A DNA stretch of 30,195 nt from a virus (IMGVR_UViG_3300020042_006291:1-30195), one strand, 5' to 3'. Numbered from the stretch's first letter, positions 18,104 through 26,141 are shown. Program-made: numbers and translations. The notes: generated from the letters alone by a model not told the origin.

Positions 18104-18997
18104 TTAAAATAGTTTAGGTTGGTTATTAATATTTCTAATATAGAATTTTGGTCTTAAGTGAACAGATTGCTTAGGTTCCATTGCATCAAAACTTAAATTT
18201 CCTTCTTCATTTAGATAAGTGTCAGGCCATTCAATGTATTTTAATCCTGATTCGATTATTATTTTGTTTGCAACGTTTCTTATTTCTTTTCTTAGCTCTA
18301 TTGATCCAAAAAAGTTTTTGCCTTTGTACTGACCTGATTCAGGAATTTTTCGAGACTCATCTTCTACAGGAAGTAAAGTAGTTAAGGTTATATTATACTT
18401 TGAAGCGTAATTAATGTAGTTTTTAAATAATTTTTTTGTAGCTTCTATCGGATCTGGTTGTCTAGCTAAGTGAAATCTTAGATCGATATTGCCAAAATAC
18501 ATAATTATATGATCATAAGCAGACAGATCTACATCTAATTTTAAAAAGCCATGTAAAGTTTTACCATCATTTCTAGAAATAGTATAATTTTCATTTGGCC
18601 AAACTGACAACGAGTGGCTATCACCAATAACTAAATTTGATCTTTCTGGCAATTTTGTTGTTTTGTAATTATCAACTTCGTCATAAAGAAATAATTTCCT
18701 TTTAATTGAAAATTCTGATAATTGAAAACCATCAAGAGATAAAATGCTTTTTTTAAATTCATTTAATTTTTTCGCTCTTACTAAAATAGCATCATTAATT
18801 CCACCAATTACATTAAAAGAACCAGGTTTAAAATTAGGACCATGATAAATAATCAACTCATCATATTGATCCCAATCATCACGATCATTTAAAATGTCAG
18901 CGTTAAATAATTTGCCTACTATTTCAACCATTCCTGCAGAATGAGAATTTAAAGAAGTTGCTGGGTTATTTAAAATCCCAATTATTGCTCTTTTCAT
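18104..18997 (-). CDS. SGNH/GDSL-fold esterase or acyltransferase with an extra N-terminal domain
   Basis: Block I VIGDSH, block II G (DGKT), block III FGNID, block V SVHL. Confidence 0.65.
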   Translation of the reverse strand: MKRAIIGILNNPATSLNSHSAGMVEIVGKLFNADILNDRDDWDQYDELIIYHGPNFKPGSFNVIGGINDAILVRAKKLNEFKKSILSLDGFQLSEFSIKRKLFLYDEVDNYKTTKLPERSNLVIGDSHSLSVWPNENYTISRNDGKTLHGFLKLDVDLSAYDHIIMYFGNIDLRFHLARQPDPIEATKKLFKNYINYASKYNITLTTLLPVEDESRKIPESGQYKGKNFFGSIELRKEIRNVANKIIIESGLKYIEWPDTYLNEEGNLSFDAMEPKQSVHLRPKFYIRNINNQPKLF

Positions 18998-19269
18998 ATT
19001 TTACATTTTTTATTATTGTTATAATTATTCAAACTAGCTAGATAAGCAACAGCATCTAATAGGTTATCCTCTTTGTGATTATAAGACTGCCTAGACATCT
19101 TTAAAGCCACTAGGCATATATACATATCACTAGCTGTAAATTCCTTGCCAGTACATCCTGATGCAATCATTGCTGCTCGTTCCATTCCTTCTTCAAATGG
19201 ACCATACATTCTTTCTTTCTCTTCAACTCGCAAATTAATTATCTCATTTGCCTTTTCTAAAATGTTCAT
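18994..19269 (-). CDS. DUF6378-like small helical protein (nucleotide-modification associated)
   Basis: ILEKANEII...YGPF...LVALKMSR...DNLLDAVAY. Confidence 0.75.
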   Translation of the reverse strand: MNILEKANEIINLRVEEKERMYGPFEEGMERAAMIASGCTGKEFTASDMYICLVALKMSRQSYNHKEDNLLDAVAYLASLNNYNNNKKCKI

Positions 19270-19280
19270 ATTTTTTAAAT

Positions 19281-19661
19281 TTAGTTTATATAATTTTTGT
19301 ATTGATTGTTTTTTAATCTACATTGAATAACTAACAGCTCGTTCATTGATTTGCAGTTATGAATATCGTCTATCAAATTTCTTTGATGGAATATTATTTC
19401 TTTGCCAGCAAATTCTTTTTGAAGTTCCATAGTGTCAAGTAAATAAAGCTCATCTTTTTGTCTTTCGTAAAAGTCAGCCATTGCCATACCATATAAAATT
19501 GTTGAGTGATTTAAATCAAACATCTCGCCTATTCTCTTGTATATTATTCCGTGTTTACGCAAGATTCCAAATAAAAACCATCTTCTATGGACTAAATATC
19601 TGTATCTGGATTTCTCTTTTAAATTTTGCTCTTCAATTATTTGTTCTATTCGATCAATCAT
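19281..19661 (-). CDS. DnaA C-terminal-like HTH DNA-binding protein
   Basis: KSR.R.LV.RR...RIGEMFDLNHSTILYG resembles DnaA domain IV. Confidence 0.7.
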   Translation of the reverse strand: MIDRIEQIIEEQNLKEKSRYRYLVHRRWFLFGILRKHGIIYKRIGEMFDLNHSTILYGMAMADFYERQKDELYLLDTMELQKEFAGKEIIFHQRNLIDDIHNCKSMNELLVIQCRLKNNQYKNYIN

Positions 19662-19804
19662 AACGTTTCTACTTTTAAAATTAGTTTAGGCCACATAGCC
19701 ATTATCATTATTGCGTGTTCTCTATCCAGGGCTTCTAGTATCCTGACAGCTATCCTTTTTTTACCACCATCAAAATAGTTATAGGTTACTTTAAAGCGTT
19801 TCAT
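19658..19804 (-). CDS. Small early protein (48 aa, MKRFKVTYNYFDGG...)
   Basis: Manual translation; ATGA overlaps at both ends. Confidence 0.6.
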   Translation of the reverse strand: MKRFKVTYNYFDGGKKRIAVRILEALDREHAIMIMAMWPKLILKVETL

Positions 19805-19971
19805 TTGTCTTTTTTTATAGGGTTTAGGTATTCATCTTGTGCCTCTAAATAATCTAGGTACAGCTCTAAGTTAAAGCTACCACCTTTATCATTCTCTATA
19901 GATTGCTCTCGCCACCAAAGTATTTTTCTTTTAAGGCTATAGGTTGTATAGGTGTATGTATTATCTGTCAT
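19801..19971 (-). CDS. Small early protein (56 aa, MTDNTYTYTTYSLKRKILWWREQ...)
   Basis: Manual translation; overlaps both neighbours. Confidence 0.55.
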   Translation of the reverse strand: MTDNTYTYTTYSLKRKILWWREQSIENDKGGSFNLELYLDYLEAQDEYLNPIKKDK

Positions 19972-20296
19972 CTCTATCGTTATTTATTTCGTTATAGTAT
20001 TCTTTATTATCTAGCTCCCACTGGCACACATCAAATCTCTCAGGATCTTCTAGTATGCTATCCTCAATAGCTGTTATTATTTCTTTCAGCTCATCTTTAT
20101 TAGGAGTAAATGGATGGCATACGTTGTTGCACCATTGCTCACCTTTCTCCAGGGATACATCTACTATGCATTCATTGGTTTCAGGATCAAATGAGACAAA
20201 GCTCCACTCAAAATCTAAGATAAATTCAATACGGCCCACCTCATACCATAAGGATGCTGTGTACTTGTCTACTTGTAAGTCTTCTGTTAAATTCAT
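19961..20296 (-). CDS. Acidic early hypothetical protein (111 aa)
   Basis: ORF track; strongly D/E-rich. Confidence 0.65.
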   Translation of the reverse strand: MNLTEDLQVDKYTASLWYEVGRIEFILDFEWSFVSFDPETNECIVDVSLEKGEQWCNNVCHPFTPNKDELKEIITAIEDSILEDPERFDVCQWELDNKEYYNEINNDRDDR

Positions 20297-20307
20297 TTTA
20301 AAGCGTT

Positions 20308-20445
20308 TTAAAGGTTAGTAATATAAGCTAAGGTGTAAACACTTACCCAAAAGAATATAAACACAACAGAGGTGTTTATAATGTCTCTATGATCATCATT
20401 TAGTGGTGTAAAGTAATACACAAGGTCGGTTAGTTTCTTTCTCAT
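20308..20445 (-). CDS. Small membrane protein (45 aa)
   Basis: MRKKLTDLVYYFTP...SVVFIFFWVSVYTLAYITNL; one TM segment; ATGA coupled. Confidence 0.55.
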   Translation of the reverse strand: MRKKLTDLVYYFTPLNDDHRDIINTSVVFIFFWVSVYTLAYITNL

Positions 20446-20618
20446 TTGTTTTTAATTTTATAGATTTCTGTTACTGCTTTAATTTCAGCTCTTGTCGTTT
20501 GATATTTCTCCATGGCTAAAGCCACATCGGAGATTAGCTTCCATTTATCTTCTGTAAATGATGTGCCTGAGTTGATTTGCTGAAGTAAGTACTCGACAGC
20601 GGTTAGATCGTGTTCCAT
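20442..20618 (-). CDS. First early gene (58 aa, MEHDLTAVEYLLQQ...AMEKYQ)
   Basis: Manual translation; directly follows the duplicated leader. Confidence 0.6.
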   Translation of the reverse strand: MEHDLTAVEYLLQQINSGTSFTEDKWKLISDVALAMEKYQTTRAEIKAVTEIYKIKNK

Positions 20619-20620
20619 TT

Positions 20621-20665
20621 TTGGTTAGTTTTAAATAGTTAGTAATTAATTATACGCAAATGTAA
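20621..20665 (-). promoter_or_regulatory. Early promoter/leader, copy 2 (TACATTTG at 20657-20664)
   Basis: TAnnTTTG box; differs from 12557-12603 by a 2-nt indel in a T run and one substitution. Confidence 0.7.
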
Positions 20666-20729
20666 AACAAGTATTTGTAACAAAAAAACTTTATTGACAT
20701 TTTTTTTAAAATATTTGCAAAATTAGCGC

Positions 20730-20773
20730 AAAAAAATACCCCCCTGCCAAACTAACCAAAGATGCAGAGGGGT
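20730..20773 (-). terminator. Intrinsic terminator with a 16-nt loop
   Basis: ACCCCTCTGC/GCAGGGGGGT stem (one G-U) then ATTTTTTT. Confidence 0.75.
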
Positions 20774-20797
20774 TTCAGGTTACATATATTCAACCTG
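20730..20797 (-). ncRNA. Putative ~68-nt two-hairpin small RNA
   Basis: TAAGTTTG box at 20801-20808, CAGGTT/AACCTG hairpin, terminator whose loop is antisense to early start regions. Confidence 0.4.
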
Positions 20798-20805
20798 GTG
20801 CAAAC

Positions 20806-21681
20806 TTACATATTAAATTTGTGACTATCTATGTATTTTATAGTTTTTTTATCTCCTGATCTTTCTCTTACACATTTAATTGTAAGTATTCTACCACCTA
20901 ATGGCTTTATCGGTGCGCCTCTTTCTACATGCCAACCTTTAGATCCATCACCGTACTCCTCTTTGTAGGTTCCTGTAAGCATGAGGTGAATTTGTTTTTG
21001 TTTTAAATAGTAACCTCCTACTGAATGCTTTTCAAGTGTATCTCTTACATCATTTCTACTAGAGTTTTCGTGGATATGTCCCATTGAAAAAACATCAAAG
21101 CCTTCATAAAGCTCTAAAGCTCTTGTTAAATTAATAGCGCCTTTAGTAACTACACCACCACCACCTGATCCATGGAAATATTTTATTTTAGTAGAAAATG
21201 ATGTAGTATTACTTTTAGTAGCTTGTTGCCTAACTACTACCCATCCACCATAACCACCTAACTGCATATTAGAATTAGCTCTAAAGTTTATATTATCAAC
21301 AAACCGCTGAAGTATATCAGTCTCTTGAAATTTAATTATGGTTGTTTCATGATTACCGTATCCTACCAATTTAATTATATTAGCATATGGCATAAACCAT
21401 TCAACAGCCGTATTTACAATACTATCTAAGTACATAGCATTATTGTGTTCTGGTCTTATATCAGATTTGTTTCTTCTATTATCGCCACGACCTTGCATTA
21501 AACAGAATAAATCACCATTAATAATTACAGGTATATTCTCTTCTAAGCAATAATCTAGATGCCTTTTTAATAGATCACGATCGCAATGAGGGTTATCCCA
21601 GTGCAAATCACTAAGCATAGCTATCCTTACTTCACTGCCTTCTAGTGAAAGCTCGTGTACATTCTTTGAGTGTCTAATCAT
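20806..21681 (-). CDS. Calcineurin-like metallophosphoesterase
   Basis: SDLH, GDLF, GNHE, HG, GHIH. Confidence 0.85.
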   Translation of the reverse strand: MIRHSKNVHELSLEGSEVRIAMLSDLHWDNPHCDRDLLKRHLDYCLEENIPVIINGDLFCLMQGRGDNRRNKSDIRPEHNNAMYLDSIVNTAVEWFMPYANIIKLVGYGNHETTIIKFQETDILQRFVDNINFRANSNMQLGGYGGWVVVRQQATKSNTTSFSTKIKYFHGSGGGGVVTKGAINLTRALELYEGFDVFSMGHIHENSSRNDVRDTLEKHSVGGYYLKQKQIHLMLTGTYKEEYGDGSKGWHVERGAPIKPLGGRILTIKCVRERSGDKKTIKYIDSHKFNM

Positions 21682-21684
21682 AAT

Positions 21685-22140
21685 TTATTTAAAAGGATTG
21701 TATAATTTATCTACCAATCTAAGCGTAAAAAATAAGATTATACCACAAGCAAATCCTATAAAAAATAATTTCCAATTAGTTTTAGCCTTTTGTATCTTAG
21801 CTTCTTTATATATGTACTTATATTTGAGTACGTCTTGCTTTAATATTTGAGTTTTATATTTATATTCAATTCTAGTTTGCCATCTAGTCTTAGGCACATA
21901 GACATTTTTAAAATTGATAATAGTATCTTTAGTCGTAATTACTTTCTGCCATATAATAGTATCTTTTACCACCACTGGTATGCTATCAACTGAGATTATT
22001 CTAATCGTGTCGCTATCTTGCACCAATTTAAGGCCGTATTTAATTGCTTTGTTATAATGTCGAATAGCTCGCTTAGAAGAGTCACAACTATAAATAAATA
22101 TTAATATACTACTTATACAAACAAGTGTCTTAAATCTCAT
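21685..22140 (-). CDS. Lipoprotein, putative unimolecular spanin
   Basis: Signal peptide ending IYSC, beta-rich middle, C-terminal TM; follows the endolysin. Confidence 0.55.
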   Translation of the reverse strand: MRFKTLVCISSILIFIYSCDSSKRAIRHYNKAIKYGLKLVQDSDTIRIISVDSIPVVVKDTIIWQKVITTKDTIINFKNVYVPKTRWQTRIEYKYKTQILKQDVLKYKYIYKEAKIQKAKTNWKLFFIGFACGIILFFTLRLVDKLYNPFK

Positions 22141-22151
22141 AAAAAATAGGT

Positions 22152-22799
22152 TTAAAGTGATTTTAGCATTTCAATCATACGAGGACAAGGATATATATCT
22201 GATTTGTCGTGACGAACTGAATTATGTGTAAATATTCCGTTTTCGCCTTTTAAAGCTCGTTTGTCTATTCCAAAAATTGAATCGAAATATTCTTTGCTTA
22301 TTCCATATGTATCGCAAAGATAAACTAATAATTGGCGCGTGCTTTCAATTTGTTCATCGGTATATTTTTGCCACCAAATATGCCCTTTGTATTTTCCGTT
22401 TAGTTCGGTAACTTGTGAGCGGTCAACTCGTCCGCCTACGTAATTAATAAAATATCCGTTTTGTTTTTTTAACGGCCCATAATTACAAATTTCAATACCA
22501 ATAGAAATCTTATCAAGGCTTCGATAAGTTACGCCCATTTCTGCAAAAACTTCTGGCTTTAATCCTAAATGATATGCCCAATGTTTTGAACTAAATAATT
22601 GCACTATTGTACCCTTTTCGCCGATCACAAAAGCAGTCGCAACCTTACCTTCTTTTTGTTGAAAGTATTTAGCAACCGCAATTGGGTTTCCACCGCCTGC
22701 AGTATGGTGCAAATAAATTTGTTTTTTTGGGTGTTCTTCTTGTAAAAATTGGTCGTTAGATAATCGGCTCTGAACTATCTTTGTTATGTCTAATTCCAT
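22152..22799 (-). CDS. Endolysin, N-acetylmuramoyl-L-alanine amidase (Amidase_2)
   Basis: IYLHHTAG, WAYHLG, SIGIEI, THNSVRHDKSD. Confidence 0.9.
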   Translation of the reverse strand: MELDITKIVQSRLSNDQFLQEEHPKKQIYLHHTAGGGNPIAVAKYFQQKEGKVATAFVIGEKGTIVQLFSSKHWAYHLGLKPEVFAEMGVTYRSLDKISIGIEICNYGPLKKQNGYFINYVGGRVDRSQVTELNGKYKGHIWWQKYTDEQIESTRQLLVYLCDTYGISKEYFDSIFGIDKRALKGENGIFTHNSVRHDKSDIYPCPRMIEMLKSL

Positions 22800-23247
22800 T
22801 TAAATCGGTTTTAATTTCTTTAGCACGCGCGAATAAATTCTTCATTGAATCCCAGATTGAAATTCCACGAATAGCAATATAATTTTCATTGATTGAAATA
22901 CACTCGATGGAAACCAATATTAACGAAAGTATTTTAGTCAACATTAATGGAACTGAAAAGAACTTCATTATAATATCGTTCAAAATAAAATAGTCTATTA
23001 AGTAAAATCCAATTACCGCAACTTCGTAAAGAAATAATTTAGAAACAACCGCCGAAAGTTTACGCGATGTAATTTTAATTTTTAGTTTTTTAGCTTTCCA
23101 AATTCCTGTTAAAGTATCTAACAAAATAGCAAAACCAATTAAAAAAAGTATTCCAGAAATTGGCAAAAAGAACGCCCCAACAACTCCAAGTAGTTTCATA
23201 AAAGATAATCGGATATTCGCAAGTAAAATAAATAATTGTGTTTTCAT
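22756..23247 (-). CDS. Holin (phage holin 4_1-like)
   Basis: Several TM segments; LDTLTGIWKA, ITSRKL, IECISINEN. Confidence 0.8.
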   Translation of the reverse strand: MKTQLFILLANIRLSFMKLLGVVGAFFLPISGILFLIGFAILLDTLTGIWKAKKLKIKITSRKLSAVVSKLFLYEVAVIGFYLIDYFILNDIIMKFFSVPLMLTKILSLILVSIECISINENYIAIRGISIWDSMKNLFARAKEIKTDLNGIRHNKDSSEPII

Positions 23248-23405
23248 TTTTTTAGGTGGTATTGGTCTACTAATTGATGTGTTAAAAAAGCGAATAAAGC
23301 AACCCCGCCAAACTTCAAAAATAACGCGTCTGCAAAAAACATCGCTATCGCGGTTAAATAAGCAAACGCAAAAAACAAAACCGATAAAGCTCGTAAATGT
23401 TCCAT
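23244..23405 (-). CDS. Small two-TM membrane protein (53 aa)
   Basis: MEHLRALSVLFFAFAYLTAIAMFF...; stop overlaps the holin ATG. Confidence 0.55.
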   Translation of the reverse strand: MEHLRALSVLFFAFAYLTAIAMFFADALFLKFGGVALFAFLTHQLVDQYHLKK

Positions 23406-23407
23406 AG

Positions 23408-23491
23408 TTATTTTTTTTGTTCGTTTAGTTTAGTAAGGTAAACAAGTAACTTTTTAATGTTTGTTTCTTTTGGTTTGTGCTTCTTTTTCAT
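23408..23491 (-). CDS. 27-aa basic peptide
   Basis: MKKKHKPKETNIKKLLVYLTKLNEQKK; ATGA coupled to the upstream gene. Confidence 0.4.
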   Translation of the reverse strand: MKKKHKPKETNIKKLLVYLTKLNEQKK

Positions 23492-23988
23492 ATATACCAA
23501 CCTGTAAAATTGTTTTGAGTGCTTGGAAACATATCGCTATTTGAATTATTGCTATACTCTGGAAACAAAGAATTGTTAAAATTGATATACGTTATAAAAC
23601 GCTCCGTGTAATTTTGTGCAATCATTCGTTCCTTTTCAACTAAGAAATCTACTTCGTTTTTTTCTACGCTTGTTGCGTTTTCGCTAGTATGTTTAAATAC
23701 GCCTTTATTCGCTATTGTATAAGCCGAAAACGGCAAATATTCAACCATTGCCCAATGTATTAACATCGGTTTAACGTAGGTAGTTAATAAAGATAAATAA
23801 GGGTTCGCAAGTGTGTTGTTTATTATGTCGGTTTTAATCTTTTCTAATAAATTTGTCCCCAAGTAATTTTGTATATGAATATCTTGAGCGACTTTAATCC
23901 ATTGTATAAAAGAATCCGTATCGATATTCCCGTTTAACGCGGTAAATTTAACTATGTCGTTTCGTGAAATTAGTAGTGCTTCTGCCAT
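23488..23988 (-). CDS. Head-tail adaptor/connector protein
   Basis: 166-aa helical protein (AQDIHIQNYLGT, YVKPML) directly after the portal. Confidence 0.6.
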   Translation of the reverse strand: MAEALLISRNDIVKFTALNGNIDTDSFIQWIKVAQDIHIQNYLGTNLLEKIKTDIINNTLANPYLSLLTTYVKPMLIHWAMVEYLPFSAYTIANKGVFKHTSENATSVEKNEVDFLVEKERMIAQNYTERFITYINFNNSLFPEYSNNSNSDMFPSTQNNFTGWYI

Positions 23989-25775
23989 TATCTTGTAATA
24001 TTTCTTCTTGGTTGTGGGTTACTTGGTAAAAAACCATAGTTCGGCATATCTACGGGACGCTTTGCAACTAAACTATCGTTCGTTATTTTGTAGCCGAATT
24101 TTTCTGCCTTCGCTTGTGCTATTTGTTTTTGATTTGGTAAATCTAAAGCCGTTCCAGATAAAACCGCGTACACTTGCTTATTCCATCTGTGGTGGCAATT
24201 TCCGCCTCCTTTGTATAACCAAATTGAATAAGTGTCTGAGCCATTTGGTCCCCAACCTTCATTTACAATTTGAGTACCCATTTTTAATATATCTTCTTTT
24301 CTATAAAGTTTATTAGCTAAAACCATTTGAGTACAAAAATCGCGTGTATTATCCGTTCTTGTTAAACCAACATATTTGTACCTTACAACAAATTTTATTC
24401 CGTCAATAACTTTGTCTTGCTTGTCAGTTATGTTTGGGCGTGCGTCACCCGTTGAAACTAAATTAACTATTTTAGAAAATAAACTTTGCTTTGGTTCTTT
24501 ACTTAATAGATTGTTTTCGTCGTCGTCGTTGTCGTAATCAACTTCTTTTTCGTCTATTAATAACCAATTTTCTTCTGCGTCTTCGCCCATATCAATTAAC
24601 GCCTGCGCTAACGCGTCATCTTTTGGATCTGCACTTAATTCCGTACCCGTTTCTTCGGCTATTTGTTCTTCGGTTTGTGCGTTTTCTAAGTCCGTAAATT
24701 CCAAAGGTTGCAACGTTTTGAAAAATAGTTTTAAACTTATTCCGTTAAAATGTAAAATTGTGTCGAAAGCGTCTAAAAGTTCTTCTTGGAATGGTCTAAT
24801 AACCATATTGTCAAATAGAACCGCGCTATTTTTTAACTCGTCTGCATTACTTGAAAAACCATTTGTTGACGCAACCCCGAATAATAACGGACTTGTAACG
24901 TTATGTCCAAGCATTATTTTACGTAAACATTCTTCGGATAAATAAGTATAGTGTTCTGGCGCGTCGTTTAATGGAATATCTTCTACGGTTGTTTTTGATT
25001 CAGCGTTATCATTAAAAGCAATAATAACTTTTTGCCCTCGTGAACCCGTCAATTTATTTAAAACCTTTTGGCTAATAATACTTTGTTGTTCTTCGCTTGG
25101 AACGCCGTTATTAAAGTTTACAACCTTAGTTCCCGAAAATCCGTTCTGTACTTCGTTAATTAAATAATCACCTATTTCTTGTTCCAATAGCGCATATGAA
25201 ACCGCCCCTTGGTAGTCTGGATAAGAATAATATTTCATTCCAACCGAATAAGGCTTAGAATAAAGTATTTCAACATTATCATTTGAAAAGCCAAAAGCCG
25301 AAAATCGCATTGGCGGGTAAGTCCTTAAGTCATTCCAATTATCGCTATAAAAATAACCAGCAACTTCTCCGTCTTTATTGCACTTTTCAGCTCGTAAAAG
25401 ATTAACAGGTAAATGGTATGCCTTTAAAATCTTTTTTCTGTCTTTTGAGTAATGAACTTGAATAGCAAATTGCCCAAGCATTTTGCGGTCAATAATCATT
25501 TTACGTATATCGTCTCTTGAAAATAACGTCATCATTTGCGCGTATTCGTTTACCTTTTTAGACGCGTCTAACGCACCCAAACCGCGTCCATATACTAATC
25601 TACAAATATTGTTTATTATTGCGTTATTTGTTGTTGAATTTGTGTATCGGGCAATTAAGAAATCAAAATATTGTTCACCATTTTCTGTTAAGAAATCAAC
25701 CCAATTTTCGCGGTTCGATTCTTCGACTATTGGCGTTGTGTAACTCGATAAATTTAAGACGTGGTAATTATTCAT
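23988..25775 (-). CDS. Portal protein with a C-terminal Cys/His extension
   Basis: STTNNAII..I..LVYG.G, GQFAIQV, YYSYPDY, NGFS, IMLGHNVTSPLLFG, VIRPFQ. Confidence 0.8.
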   Translation of the reverse strand: MNNYHVLNLSSYTTPIVEESNRENWVDFLTENGEQYFDFLIARYTNSTTNNAIINNICRLVYGRGLGALDASKKVNEYAQMMTLFSRDDIRKMIIDRKMLGQFAIQVHYSKDRKKILKAYHLPVNLLRAEKCNKDGEVAGYFYSDNWNDLRTYPPMRFSAFGFSNDNVEILYSKPYSVGMKYYSYPDYQGAVSYALLEQEIGDYLINEVQNGFSGTKVVNFNNGVPSEEQQSIISQKVLNKLTGSRGQKVIIAFNDNAESKTTVEDIPLNDAPEHYTYLSEECLRKIMLGHNVTSPLLFGVASTNGFSSNADELKNSAVLFDNMVIRPFQEELLDAFDTILHFNGISLKLFFKTLQPLEFTDLENAQTEEQIAEETGTELSADPKDDALAQALIDMGEDAEENWLLIDEKEVDYDNDDDENNLLSKEPKQSLFSKIVNLVSTGDARPNITDKQDKVIDGIKFVVRYKYVGLTRTDNTRDFCTQMVLANKLYRKEDILKMGTQIVNEGWGPNGSDTYSIWLYKGGGNCHHRWNKQVYAVLSGTALDLPNQKQIAQAKAEKFGYKITNDSLVAKRPVDMPNYGFLPSNPQPRRNITR

Positions 25776-26106
25776 AAATTATAAATTCGTTGTTTGTTGT
25801 ATGCGAAACATATTGTCCGTTGTTAACCGAGAATGTCGCTAATGGTTGATCCGTGCAAAATGCTTTTTCTAGTAATAATCTATTCCCCGAAACATCTTTT
25901 AATTCAATCATATAAAAACGATTTTCCGTTAAGTTAAATATTGCTTCGATTTGATAAAAATAACTAAACGCGCCTTGTGAAATAATCGGAACGTTGATAG
26001 TTACGTTTTCGGCTTCGTCCGTAATAAACAAGTCCGTAATTATTCCCGTTCGTGGTGTACAATTAAAAGTTTGACTTAATACGTTTTGCGTTGTTAAAAC
26101 TATCAT
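25768..26106 (-). CDS. Putative virion structural protein (112 aa)
   Basis: Beta-rich; first gene after a late promoter motif. Confidence 0.5.
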   Translation of the reverse strand: MIVLTTQNVLSQTFNCTPRTGIITDLFITDEAENVTINVPIISQGAFSYFYQIEAIFNLTENRFYMIELKDVSGNRLLLEKAFCTDQPLATFSVNNGQYVSHTTNNEFIIYE

Positions 26107-26111
26107 ATTAA

Positions 26112-26137
26112 TATAATTAGATTTTCTTATTTTTGTT
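26112..26137 (-). promoter_or_regulatory. Putative late promoter AACAA-N13-TAATTATA, 5 nt before ATG 26106
   Basis: Same spacing as the other three copies; sits just after a terminator. Confidence 0.7.
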
Positions 26138-26141
26138 TCAT

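Noticed and set aside
20762-20824. 20-aa plus-strand ORF preceded by AAACTAACCAAAG
   Set aside because: No plus-strand TAnnTTTG box seen nearby; the stem G-U pair and T tract favour a minus-strand RNA. Not fully excluded.
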